Of a stretch of DNA of 45,996 nt, positions 25,333-33,660 are shown piece after piece. The DNA is from Thermoflexus hugenholtzii JAD2. GTDB taxonomy: Bacteria > Chloroflexota > Limnocylindria > Limnocylindrales > Limnocylindraceae. Position 1 is the first letter of the stretch, and every line of letters starts with the position of its first letter. Position numbers and translations under genes: made by a program. The notes beneath the pieces were generated by a model. The model saw only the letters and a list, made by a program, of their open reading frames with translations, was not told the origin of the DNA and did not search any database. The stretch spans positions 1 to 45,996 of the forward strand of contig CAMAXG010000003.1 of assembly GCA_945862225.1 (NCBI GenBank), in the 5' to 3' direction.

Positions 25333-26502
25333 ATGAATACTCGAGAGCGCATGCAGCTCTTTCTTCGCAGCGAGACCGTGGGTGGCGCGCTGCTGATCGC
25401 TGCAGCGCTCATCGGCATCCTCCTGGCGAACAGCCCCCTCTCAGAGGTACTGCGCGCCGTTGCCACGACGCAGATCGGCAGCGACGCGCTCCACCTGAAC
25501 CTCACCGTGCAGGAGTGGGCCGCGGATGGGTTGCTCGCCATCTTCTTCTTTGTGATCGGCTGCGAGCTCAAGCATGAGCTGGTGGTGGGCACACTCTCGA
25601 AGCCGCGCCAGGCGGCCCTGCCGGTTGCCGCGGCACTCGGCGGGATGATCGTTCCAGCGCTCTTCTACGTTGCAATCAATCAGGGCGGTGCCGCCGATGC
25701 GCTCAGCGGCTGGGGTATTCCGATGGCCACAGATATCGCCTTCGCCCTCGCAGTGCTTGCGGTGCTCGGTCGCGGACTGCCCACTGGCGTGCGCACCTTC
25801 TTGCTGACACTGGCGGTGGTCGACGATCTCGGAGCGATTCTAGTAATCGCACTCTTCTACTCCGCGAGCCTGCACGTAGAGTGGCTAGTCATTGCAGCGG
25901 TGCTGCTCGCACTCTTTGCGATCGCGCAGCGACAACGCATCACCTCACCGCTCATCTACGTGCCCCTTGCACTCGGCACCTGGTACGCCGTGCATAGTGC
26001 TGGGATTCATCCAACGATCGCGGGCGTTGCCCTCGGGCTACTGATGCGCGTCAAGAAAGATCCTGGCGAGCAAGATGCACCCGTTGACCGCGCAACGGAA
26101 CGCTTCCATCCCATCAGTGCGGCGATCGCCGTGCCGCTCTTCGCCCTCTTCGCCGCTGCAGTTGACCTTCGCTCCATCGACCTCGGTGCGGTAACCGGTT
26201 CGCCAATTCTGCTCGGCGTACTTGTTGGCCTTGTCCTCGGCAAGCCAATCGGCATTCTTCTCGCCGCCCGGCTTGCAACCGCGCTAGGGGCGAAGCTTTC
26301 GGCGGGCATGCGCTGGATTGACATCGCCCTCGTTGGTGCACTTGGAGGGATCGGCTTTACCGTCTCGCTGCTCATTAGTGAGCTCGCCTTTGCTAACGAG
26401 GCGTCGCTCGGTGCCGCCAAGATTGGCGTCTTGATCGCGTCAGTTGCCGCAGTTGCACTCGCTGCCGTTGTTCTCGCCCTGCGGCGATCACTCGCTCGCT
26501 AG
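25333..26502 (+). CDS. nhaA: Na+/H+ antiporter NhaA
   Basis: DGLLAIFFF, GWGIPMATDIAF, LAVVDDLGAI, GKPIGI and GIGFTVSL. Confidence 0.95.
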   Translation: MNTRERMQLFLRSETVGGALLIAAALIGILLANSPLSEVLRAVATTQIGSDALHLNLTVQEWAADGLLAIFFFVIGCELKHELVVGTLSKPRQAALPVAAALGGMIVPALFYVAINQGGAADALSGWGIPMATDIAFALAVLAVLGRGLPTGVRTFLLTLAVVDDLGAILVIALFYSASLHVEWLVIAAVLLALFAIAQRQRITSPLIYVPLALGTWYAVHSAGIHPTIAGVALGLLMRVKKDPGEQDAPVDRATERFHPISAAIAVPLFALFAAAVDLRSIDLGAVTGSPILLGVLVGLVLGKPIGILLAARLATALGAKLSAGMRWIDIALVGALGGIGFTVSLLISELAFANEASLGAAKIGVLIASVAAVALAAVVLALRRSLAR

Positions 26503-26535
26503 CCCAACTCGATCGCGTTCGGATATCCTCGCGCC

Positions 26536-27027
26536 ATGGAAAACACCACGTTGAACCGCACCCTGGAGCACATGGCCTGGGCGAACACCCAGATGTTCAC
26601 AGTGCTTGCAGCACTTCCTGTTGATGCGCTCGCCTACACCTCACCCGGCTCCGAATGGAGCGTTGGAGCGATTACCCATCACCTGGTCACCGCCGCCGAG
26701 AACTACGCGCAGCGACTGCACGGTGAGCCGCGCGCCGAGAAGCGCGAGCTCCCCACCACCATCGCCGATCTCGCCGCCCTCGCGGTCGCCGTGAAGGTTG
26801 CCGACGCCAAGCTCCATGCGGGTGCGCAGCTCCCCGGCGACGAGATCCTCACCTGGATCTCGTACGGCGGTGAAGAGATCTCCGTACCCCGTTGGGTGCT
26901 CATCAACCAGGCGGTGCACCACGCCACCGAGCATCGCGCCCAGATCGCTGGTGCACTCGCCGCGAACGGCAACACCACGCTCGACCTCGATGCGCTCGAC
27001 GTCTGGACGTATAACGACGCCCTCTAG
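26536..27027 (+). CDS. DinB family protein
   Basis: HMAWAN, HHLVTA and HHATEHRAQI metal-binding histidines. Confidence 0.85.
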   Translation: MENTTLNRTLEHMAWANTQMFTVLAALPVDALAYTSPGSEWSVGAITHHLVTAAENYAQRLHGEPRAEKRELPTTIADLAALAVAVKVADAKLHAGAQLPGDEILTWISYGGEEISVPRWVLINQAVHHATEHRAQIAGALAANGNTTLDLDALDVWTYNDAL

Positions 27028-27062
27028 ACCGCTCGCTAAGCGACGGAGCTAGCCTCCGCCCT

Positions 27063-28253
27063 TTACGCGTTCTGGTCGTGCGATAGAAAGAGCAGACCAG
27101 TTGCTGGCTTCGGCGAGAAGTGCGTCGACTTCTGGGGCATCACCTGCTGCGCGAGCGCCATAGTTGTCACGAGTTCCGCTCGCTCTGGCGGAAGGAGCAA
27201 CGTGATCACCCCATCAGTGCGTGAAGCCTCAACCGCGTCCGTCACTCGTCGCTCATAGCGAAGTGCCCCGCCGGCAATATCCTCTTTGGTGATTCCAAGG
27301 AGCGACCGAAGGAGATCCTCTACCTGCTGCGTGATCGGCTGCGCCTGTTGGCTTGGCGCCAGCGTGATGAGGTGCGCCGCTCCATTGGCGCAGAGCGAAA
27401 ACTCCGCTCGCTCGCCACGGTGCACTTCGGAGAATCGCGCTCTCGCATCTGCCAGATCAACTGCCTGAACAGTGACGACGTCACTGCTCTCTCGGAGGGC
27501 GGTTAGGAATCGCTCGCTTTCGTAGCCGCGCAGGATCCGGTGGGTGGCATGCAGCGTTGGGCCAGCGGCATCGGCCTCAACGATGAGGCCCATCGTGGCC
27601 GCAGGGCCGCCGTGGCGCTCGGCATATTCGCGCGCTGCTTCGTATCGGTGATGCCCGTCGGCAATGATCAGCGGCGCGCCAGATGCCCAGCCCAGCAGGG
27701 TTCGGCCCGCCTCGCTCTCTGGCGGTACGTGCCAGAGTCGAATACGCGTGCCATCTGGTGCAGTTGTGCGCGTTGTCGGTTCACCTGCTGCAACCTGCGT
27801 GAACGCCGCGCTGAATGTGTTGGCATCGCCCGCGCGCAAAAGTAGGATCGGTGAGAGGTTCGCACGCGTTGCCGCGAGCAGTGCTAGTCGACCTGCGCGC
27901 GGTGCATCGAGGGTGCGCTCGTGCCCATAGACGCCGGTCTCTGGTCCGTATGCGCCAACTGGCACTGCGGCAAAGATGCCGCGCATGGTGACGCCGTTTT
28001 CGCTGACCCCTTCGTACAGGTAGATCGCAGGCTCGGCTTCGTCGATCAGCACGCCGCTCTCGCGCCACGAGCGCCAGAGTGCCGCGGACTCTTCGGGAGA
28101 GTTTGAGGCGTCGAGCGCCGCCGAGTTGAGCGGCTCGCTCGCGCACAAGCGTTGAATCACCTCTGCCTCTGCCGCGTCATACGGCGGACTCAGGAGCGCG
28201 TCAATCTGCTCGCGCGCGTAGCGCGTCGCCCGGAAGGGTCGTACGTTCGCCAT
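27063..28253 (-). CDS. DUF1015 family protein (ParB/Srx-like DGHHR motif; candidate serine kinase)
   Basis: VRPFRA, SPPYD, GHERT, IADGHHRYE and MPQKSTHFSPKPATGL. Confidence 0.85.
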   Translation of the reverse strand: MANVRPFRATRYAREQIDALLSPPYDAAEAEVIQRLCASEPLNSAALDASNSPEESAALWRSWRESGVLIDEAEPAIYLYEGVSENGVTMRGIFAAVPVGAYGPETGVYGHERTLDAPRAGRLALLAATRANLSPILLLRAGDANTFSAAFTQVAAGEPTTRTTAPDGTRIRLWHVPPESEAGRTLLGWASGAPLIIADGHHRYEAAREYAERHGGPAATMGLIVEADAAGPTLHATHRILRGYESERFLTALRESSDVVTVQAVDLADARARFSEVHRGERAEFSLCANGAAHLITLAPSQQAQPITQQVEDLLRSLLGITKEDIAGGALRYERRVTDAVEASRTDGVITLLLPPERAELVTTMALAQQVMPQKSTHFSPKPATGLLFLSHDQNA

Positions 28254-28273
28254 GAGCGTCTAACGCCGGTGCG

Positions 28274-29638
28274 TTACGGCTTTGGCAGGTCGCTGAGCGC
28301 AGCCTCGATCTTGCTCTGCTCAAGGCTCAAGTCCTCGAGCTTGCCAGCGAGGTAGTTCTCATACGCCGCCAGGTCGAGGAAGCCGTGCCCGCAATTGTTA
28401 AAGACAATCACGCGCTCCTTCCCCTCGGCCTTGGCGATCAGCGCCTCACGTACCGCCGCCGCAATGGCGTGGTTCGCTTCGGGTGCTGGCAAGATCCCCT
28501 CTGCTCGGGTGAACTCCACGCCGCGCTCAAAGGTTTCACGCTGCGGAATGGCGACCGCCTCGATGGCGCCCTTCTCCTTTAGGAGAGAGACCAGCGGGGC
28601 CATGCCGTGATAGCGCAACCCACCGGCGTGGATTGGATCTGGCATGAAGGCCGAACCGAGCGTGTGCATCTTCACCATTGGGGCCATATGCGCGGTGTCG
28701 CCGTAGTCATACGCATAGATGCCGCGCGTCAGCGATGGCGCCGCCGTCGGCTCCGCCGCAATCACCCGCACCTTGCGCCCGCCACGGAAGGCGGCACCCA
28801 AGAACGGGAAGGTGAATCCGGCAAAGTTCGATCCGCCGCCGGTGCAGCCGACCAGGATGTCGGGCTCAACGTCCGCCATCTCGAGCTGCAACTGCACCTC
28901 TTGGCCGATCACCGTCTGGTGCAACAGCACGTGATTCAACACCGAACCGAGCGCGTACTTGGTGTCGTCGCGCGTGGCGGCATCTTCGACCGCCTCGCTA
29001 ATCGCCATGCCAAGCGAACCGGTCGTGTGCGGATCCGACGCGAGCACCGAACGACCGTAGTTCGTGTCGGGGCTTGGGCTTGCAACCACCTTCGCGCCGT
29101 ACGTCTCCATAAGGATGCGGCGATACGGCTTCGCGTCGTAGCTCGCACGCACCTGGTAGACCTTGATCTCCAGGCCGAACATTGCCCCTGCGAACGCGAG
29201 CGACGTACCCCACTGGCCAGCGCCCGTCTCGGTTGCCAGTCGCTTCACACCCTCTTGCGCGTTATAGAACGCCTGCGCAATCGCGGTGTTTGGCTTGTGG
29301 CTTCCGGCTGGGCTCACACCCTCGTACTTGTAGAAGATCTTCGCCGGCGTGCCCAGCAGCTTCTCAAGTCGATGCGCGCGAAAGAGCGGGCTCGGTCGAT
29401 AGAGACGATACGCGTCGCGCACCGGCTCTGGAATCTCAATCTCTCGTTCCGTCGAAACCTCTTGGCCAATGAGTGCCATTGGGAAGAGTGGGGCGAGATC
29501 ATCGGGGCCAAGGGGCTGGCCGGTCTGAGGATTCAGCGCCGGCGATTGGGGCCACGGAAGATCCGCCGCGATGTTGTACCAGGCCTTAGGCATCCGATTT
29601 TCGTCGAGCACGAATTTCGTCTGCTTTGGGTCGGCCAC
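28274..29638 (-). CDS. trpB2: TrpB2-type tryptophan synthase beta (TrpB-like PLP enzyme)
   Basis: GSHKPNTA, TETGAGQWG, GSLGMAISEA and HAGGLRYHG; GTG start with SD AGGAGG; no trpA adjacent. Confidence 0.93.
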   Translation of the reverse strand: MADPKQTKFVLDENRMPKAWYNIAADLPWPQSPALNPQTGQPLGPDDLAPLFPMALIGQEVSTEREIEIPEPVRDAYRLYRPSPLFRAHRLEKLLGTPAKIFYKYEGVSPAGSHKPNTAIAQAFYNAQEGVKRLATETGAGQWGTSLAFAGAMFGLEIKVYQVRASYDAKPYRRILMETYGAKVVASPSPDTNYGRSVLASDPHTTGSLGMAISEAVEDAATRDDTKYALGSVLNHVLLHQTVIGQEVQLQLEMADVEPDILVGCTGGGSNFAGFTFPFLGAAFRGGRKVRVIAAEPTAAPSLTRGIYAYDYGDTAHMAPMVKMHTLGSAFMPDPIHAGGLRYHGMAPLVSLLKEKGAIEAVAIPQRETFERGVEFTRAEGILPAPEANHAIAAAVREALIAKAEGKERVIVFNNCGHGFLDLAAYENYLAGKLEDLSLEQSKIEAALSDLPKP

Positions 29639-29788
29639 GATACACCTCCTATAGATGACACAGCCTCAGGGCAACGCCCCGATTGTGCTGCGGCGGATGC
29701 CACGATACCGCACGCGCCACTGCCACCGCCGTTGCGGTGCAGATTCCTCGCTTGGGGTGGTTCGCGTTCTTGTTACCATCCCGCAACG

Positions 29789-30343
29789 ATGAGCACCCTC
29801 CCGCAACGTACGGCAACCGCGCTCCTGATCATCGACGTGCAGGTCGGCGTGGTTGGCGCCGCCTACCAGCGCGACACCGTGATCGCCAACATCCAAACGC
29901 TCCTCACCGCGGCGCGTGCATCTGGCACCCCCGTGATTTGGGTGGCGCACTCGGAAGAGCAGATGCCCATCGGCAGCGAGGCCTGGCAGTACGTACCCGA
30001 GCTCGTGCGCCTAGAGAGCGAGCCGCTCGTGCACAAACTCTACGGCGACTCATTCGAGGCGACTGATCTAGAGGCGGCGCTTGCTGCTGCGAATGTGGCG
30101 CACCTAGTGGTGGTCGGCGCTCAGACCGATGCCTGCATTCGCTCAACGATTCACGGCGCCTTTACTCGTGGCTACGACGTAACGCTCCTAAGCGACGCCC
30201 ACACCACCGAAGACATGACCGAGTGGGGTGCGCCGCCCCCCGGAGTGATCATCAAGCACACCAACATGTATTGGGGCTTTCAGTCAGCGCCAGGTCGAAC
30301 CGCGAAGGTGTTGACGACCGCAGAGGTCTCGTTTAGCGCTTGA
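29789..30343 (+). CDS. Isochorismatase/cysteine hydrolase family protein
   Basis: ALLIIDVQ, HKLYGDSF, GAQTDACIRST and SDAHTT. The true start is MSTLPQR, not the long ORF-track start. Confidence 0.88.
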   Translation: MSTLPQRTATALLIIDVQVGVVGAAYQRDTVIANIQTLLTAARASGTPVIWVAHSEEQMPIGSEAWQYVPELVRLESEPLVHKLYGDSFEATDLEAALAAANVAHLVVVGAQTDACIRSTIHGAFTRGYDVTLLSDAHTTEDMTEWGAPPPGVIIKHTNMYWGFQSAPGRTAKVLTTAEVSFSA

Positions 30344-30369
30344 CCGCCGAACTTCCTCGTCGCTTCTCC

Positions 30370-31101
30370 TTATTGGGCAACTAGAACGATTGCAACCCCG
30401 ATCAGGAAAATAGCGAAGCCTCGACGAAGTACTCCTGCTGGGATTCGTTCGGCGAGCGGTGTAATCAGAAACGCGGTACCGATAGCTAACGCCGCAACTA
30501 GCCCAACGGGGCCGAGCTGCAACGTGCCCCATTGGTCGGCACGCAGAAGCAGCACGACTGCCGAGTTCAAGCTGATCGCTACAAGAGATGCTCCAGAGGC
30601 TTCACGAACAGAGAGACCCATGCCGAGCACTAACGCCGGCACGATCATGAACCCACCCCCTATTCCGAACAGGCCGGTGAGCGCCCCCACCCCAGATGCG
30701 ATGAGAACCGTTCGCCATCGCCCACCCCAAACTTTTCCGTTGGGGGGTACCGAACGCCACATAGAAGCGGCTGCAGCAAGCACAACAAGAGAGAAGGCAT
30801 ACACAACGATGCGCTCGTCGATCAGCGACGCAAGTCGAACTCCGACGATCGCACCGAGAAGGCCGGTTGCACTGAAAACCACCCCAGCACGAACGTTGAT
30901 CGACTCGGTTGTTCGACGCCGAATGAGCCCCGCTACCGACGCGCTGCCAACGATTACTGCTCCAGAGAGGGTCGCCTCGTTCATGGGGAGACCGAGCACG
31001 GCGATCAAGCCAGGAACGGCCAAAATCGAACCACCGGCGCCAATCAACCCAACAAGCGCACCGATTGTGATGCCGAGTGCAACGAGCCCAACGGGTGGCA
31101 C
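30370..31101 (-). CDS. Sulfite exporter TauE/SafE family protein
   Basis: Duplicated GLIGAGGSILAVP / GLFGIGGGFMIVP motifs. The start is uncertain; the GTG at 31101 just after the upstream stop is used. Confidence 0.85.
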   Translation of the reverse strand: MPPVGLVALGITIGALVGLIGAGGSILAVPGLIAVLGLPMNEATLSGAVIVGSASVAGLIRRRTTESINVRAGVVFSATGLLGAIVGVRLASLIDERIVVYAFSLVVLAAAASMWRSVPPNGKVWGGRWRTVLIASGVGALTGLFGIGGGFMIVPALVLGMGLSVREASGASLVAISLNSAVVLLLRADQWGTLQLGPVGLVAALAIGTAFLITPLAERIPAGVLRRGFAIFLIGVAIVLVAQ

Positions 31102-31108
31102 GGTGACG

Positions 31109-32512
31109 TTAAGGGTGTGCTGGTTCGTCTGATGGGGCAACGGGCGTGTGATCTGAGGCGCCACGAACTATCGTGAGACCGGTCGCCCCAAGTGCTGCGC
31201 TGTATGGCTCGTCAATGAGCACCGCCGTGCGACCAGAGCGCTCCAAGACTCCTACGGCGGCCGCAGCGCGATACGCGCCAGCACAGTGCACCCAGATTTC
31301 ACTGAAGGGCGGGATCTCCTCCACCCGTCGCTCCAACTCGTGCAGAGGAATGTGGTGCGTTCCCAGCACATGCGAACCCTCACGCTCGCTGTTGCGACGA
31401 ACGTCAAGGACGAGTTTGCCGGGGTCGCTCAGCACTGCGGCAACTTCGCTGAAGGTCACCCGCCGGGTTGAGCCGCCATCAAGTTGTTCGCGCGGGGCGA
31501 CCATTGCCGCCGCTGGACGGTCGATGCCAATGCGTACCAACTCACGCTGTGCGACCGCAACCTGCTGCGCTGAATCGCTGACGAGCAGAAGTTGGCGCTC
31601 GTAGGGAAAGACCCATCCAAGATACGTAGCCATAGAGCCGTCGGTGCCGAATGGGATGCTTCCAGGAATATGCCCACTGCACCATTGCGCACGCGGTCGC
31701 ACATCTACGGCCCACGCCCCAGAGGCAATTGCGCGCTCGACGGATGCACGATCCGCAGCAGGAAGCGCCGTTAGATCAACGGGAGAGGGTCCGGCAAGAT
31801 TTGCGGGTCCCATATGACGATAGTAGGCAGGGAATGCATCAAGGCCAGCGAGTGTCTCCTTGATGAACTGTTCGCGCTGCAAAAGTAGTGCCGGGTTCAC
31901 GCGGCGCTCGTCTTCGATGGTTGACGCGGTGCCACTCGTTGGCGTTGCCGCACAGAACGATCCGAAGCCATGGGTTGGATAGATTGACGTCTTCGCTTCA
32001 AGCAGCTCACTGAGTCGATGTGCAGAGCCGTGCTGTAGGCCCGCTAATGTTGGTGCATGTTCAGGGCCAAGTAGATCGGGGCGACCAGTTGAACCGTGGA
32101 GGAGCGAGCCACCAGTGAAAACCCCCTGCGCCTCGCCGTTGGCGGCAAGCAACGAGAAAGACAGATGCGTGAACGTGTGGCCAGGGGTATGAAGAGCTTG
32201 TACGCCGAAACTGCCAACGTTGACAACATCGCCGTCGCGCATTTCACGGCGAGTGAATCGCACCGGATCCTCGGCGCTGACGAGGTAGTGCGCGCCGTTT
32301 AGCCGAGCCAGCTCCAAGCCACCGCTCACGTAGTCGTTATGCATGTGGGTTTCGGCGACGGCGGCAATAGTGACGCCCTCTTGCTCCGCGAGTAGCTGGA
32401 CGCGGTCAATATCGCGCTGCGGATCAACGACCAGGGCCTGCGCGCCATCGTGTACGAGGTAGGAGCGATCACCAAGCGTTGGGGTGTCGATCGCGATGAC
32501 TTTCAGGTTCAT
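31109..32512 (-). CDS. MBL-fold persulfide dioxygenase-rhodanese fusion (CstB-like)
   Basis: ETHMHNDYVSG, TPGHT, GRPDL and PTHGFGSFC; a pseudo-rhodanese domain followed by a rhodanese with HCAGAYRA. Confidence 0.85.
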   Translation of the reverse strand: MNLKVIAIDTPTLGDRSYLVHDGAQALVVDPQRDIDRVQLLAEQEGVTIAAVAETHMHNDYVSGGLELARLNGAHYLVSAEDPVRFTRREMRDGDVVNVGSFGVQALHTPGHTFTHLSFSLLAANGEAQGVFTGGSLLHGSTGRPDLLGPEHAPTLAGLQHGSAHRLSELLEAKTSIYPTHGFGSFCAATPTSGTASTIEDERRVNPALLLQREQFIKETLAGLDAFPAYYRHMGPANLAGPSPVDLTALPAADRASVERAIASGAWAVDVRPRAQWCSGHIPGSIPFGTDGSMATYLGWVFPYERQLLLVSDSAQQVAVAQRELVRIGIDRPAAAMVAPREQLDGGSTRRVTFSEVAAVLSDPGKLVLDVRRNSEREGSHVLGTHHIPLHELERRVEEIPPFSEIWVHCAGAYRAAAAVGVLERSGRTAVLIDEPYSAALGATGLTIVRGASDHTPVAPSDEPAHP

Positions 32513-32538
32513 GGGCCCTCCACTCGCCTACGGTAGCA

Positions 32539-32556
32539 CATACCCCAGGGGGTATG
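32539..32556. promoter_or_regulatory. CsoR/CstR-family operator CATACCCC-AG-GGGGTATG
   Basis: Perfect 8 bp inverted repeat with C/G tracts flanked by ATAC/GTAT, between the divergent MBL and CsoR-family genes. Confidence 0.8.
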
Positions 32557-32604
32557 CTAATCTGCCGCCATCGGTCGTCAAAGTGTCCGAAGTAAGGAGT
32601 GAAC

Positions 32605-32892
32605 ATGGTGAAGGAAAGCATCGTTCCGGCAGCTGCAGATCAGCGATTGATCCTTGCCCGGGTTAACCGCGCGCATGGTCAGTTAGGTGCTGTTGCCCGC
32701 ATGATCGAAGAGGGGCGTGACTGCGAAGAGGTTGTCACGCAGCTTGCAGCCGTCAGCAAGGCGATCAATACGGCAGCCTTCACGATGATCTCTTCGAGCC
32801 TTCGTGAATGCATTTTGGACGGCAACAAAAAGAGGCGAGGGGGAGTGGACGCTTCGGCGCGCCTAGAGAAACTCTTCTTGACGCTGGCATAG
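32605..32892 (+). CDS. CsoR/RcnR family repressor, CstR-like
   Basis: RVNRAHGQL, RDCEEVVTQLAAV and SSSLRECI (two Cys; the copper-ligand His is absent); SD AAGGAG. Confidence 0.88.
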   Translation: MVKESIVPAAADQRLILARVNRAHGQLGAVARMIEEGRDCEEVVTQLAAVSKAINTAAFTMISSSLRECILDGNKKRRGGVDASARLEKLFLTLA

Positions 32893-32909
32893 GCAAAAGG
32901 AGGCTCAAC

Positions 32910-33104
32910 ATGTGCTCAAAAGTAACGTGCGGAACGTGCAAGAAACCGACCTGGTCCGGTTGTGGCCAACATATTGACCAGGCCCTGAAGGGTGTGCCAA
33001 AGGCTGAGCGTTGCCGCTGCCGAGCTGAGGCGAGCCAGGCCCGCCCAACAGCGACAAGCACCAAAGAGAGAGGGTTCCTCTCTCGTTTGTTTGGCGGCGA
33101 ATAG
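32910..33104 (+). CDS. Small Cys-rich protein (64 aa)
   Basis: SD AGGAGG; MCSKVTCGTCKKPTWSGCGQH...RCRC...GFLSRLFGGE; in operon order between the repressor and the rhodanese. Confidence 0.8.
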   Translation: MCSKVTCGTCKKPTWSGCGQHIDQALKGVPKAERCRCRAEASQARPTATSTKERGFLSRLFGGE

Positions 33105-33125
33105 CTCTACCGATAGGAGGAGAGT

Positions 33126-33536
33126 GTGAATATGATCCGAATGCCCCGATTGGCCAAGGTTGCACTGCTCACGTTGTCTGCGGTGCTCATTGCTGCTGCT
33201 TGCAGTAGCGGGAGCGCAACTGGTATTGGAATCCGCAAACTCGGAGCGAAGGAGGCTGTCACCGTGATTGATCAGCGAACTGTTATTGACGTCCGGAGTG
33301 CCGGCGAGGCCGCCTCAGGCATCGTTGCTGGCGCTACTGTCCTGGACTTCAACTCTGGTGAGTTTGAGACCAAAATTGGCGCATACGATCGGAGCGCAGC
33401 CTATTTCGTCTACTGCCGCAGCGGCAGTCGCTCGGGCCAGGCCGTGGAGATCATGAAGAGCCTCGGCTTTACCGACGTGATTGACGGGGGTGCGTACGCA
33501 GATCTCGTGGACGCGGGGGCGCCCACCGCGCCGTAG
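33126..33536 (+). CDS. Rhodanese-like lipoprotein
   Basis: Lipobox IAAAC, IDVRS and active-site loop YCRSGSRS; SD AGGAGG. Confidence 0.88.
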   Translation: MNMIRMPRLAKVALLTLSAVLIAAACSSGSATGIGIRKLGAKEAVTVIDQRTVIDVRSAGEAASGIVAGATVLDFNSGEFETKIGAYDRSAAYFVYCRSGSRSGQAVEIMKSLGFTDVIDGGAYADLVDAGAPTAP

Positions 33537-33581
33537 CCGGCTACCTGGGTGGTTGTGGCTCCGCTACAATCCCCCTTCGGC

Positions 33582-33656
33582 GCCGATGTAGCTCAGTGGT
33601 AGAGCAGCTGTTTCGTAAACAGCAGGTCGTGAGTTCAATCCTCACCATCGGCTCCA
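33582..33656 (+). tRNA. tRNA-Thr(CGT)
   Basis: Acceptor stem GCCGATG/CATCGGC, D arm TAGCTCAGTGGTAGAGC, anticodon arm GCTGT-TTCGTAA-ACAGC, T loop GTTCAATC, encoded CCA; -10 TACAAT at 33565-33570. Confidence 0.97.
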
Positions 33657-33660
33657 GCCG

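Noticed and set aside
29666-29779. Minus-strand 37 aa ORF with W-Q-W upstream of trpB2 as a Trp attenuator peptide
   Set aside because: The best -10 box (TATCGT, 29707-29702) lies downstream of the Trp codons, the ATG overlaps the divergent gene's -10 (TACCAT), and the Trp codons are not tandem. Only a weak CATCGT precedes it. TSS mapping could revive this.
30344-33660. tRNA-integrated mobile element carrying the persulfide locus
   Set aside because: No integrase is present, no duplicated tRNA 3' end was found, and the block lies on the 5' side of the tRNA.
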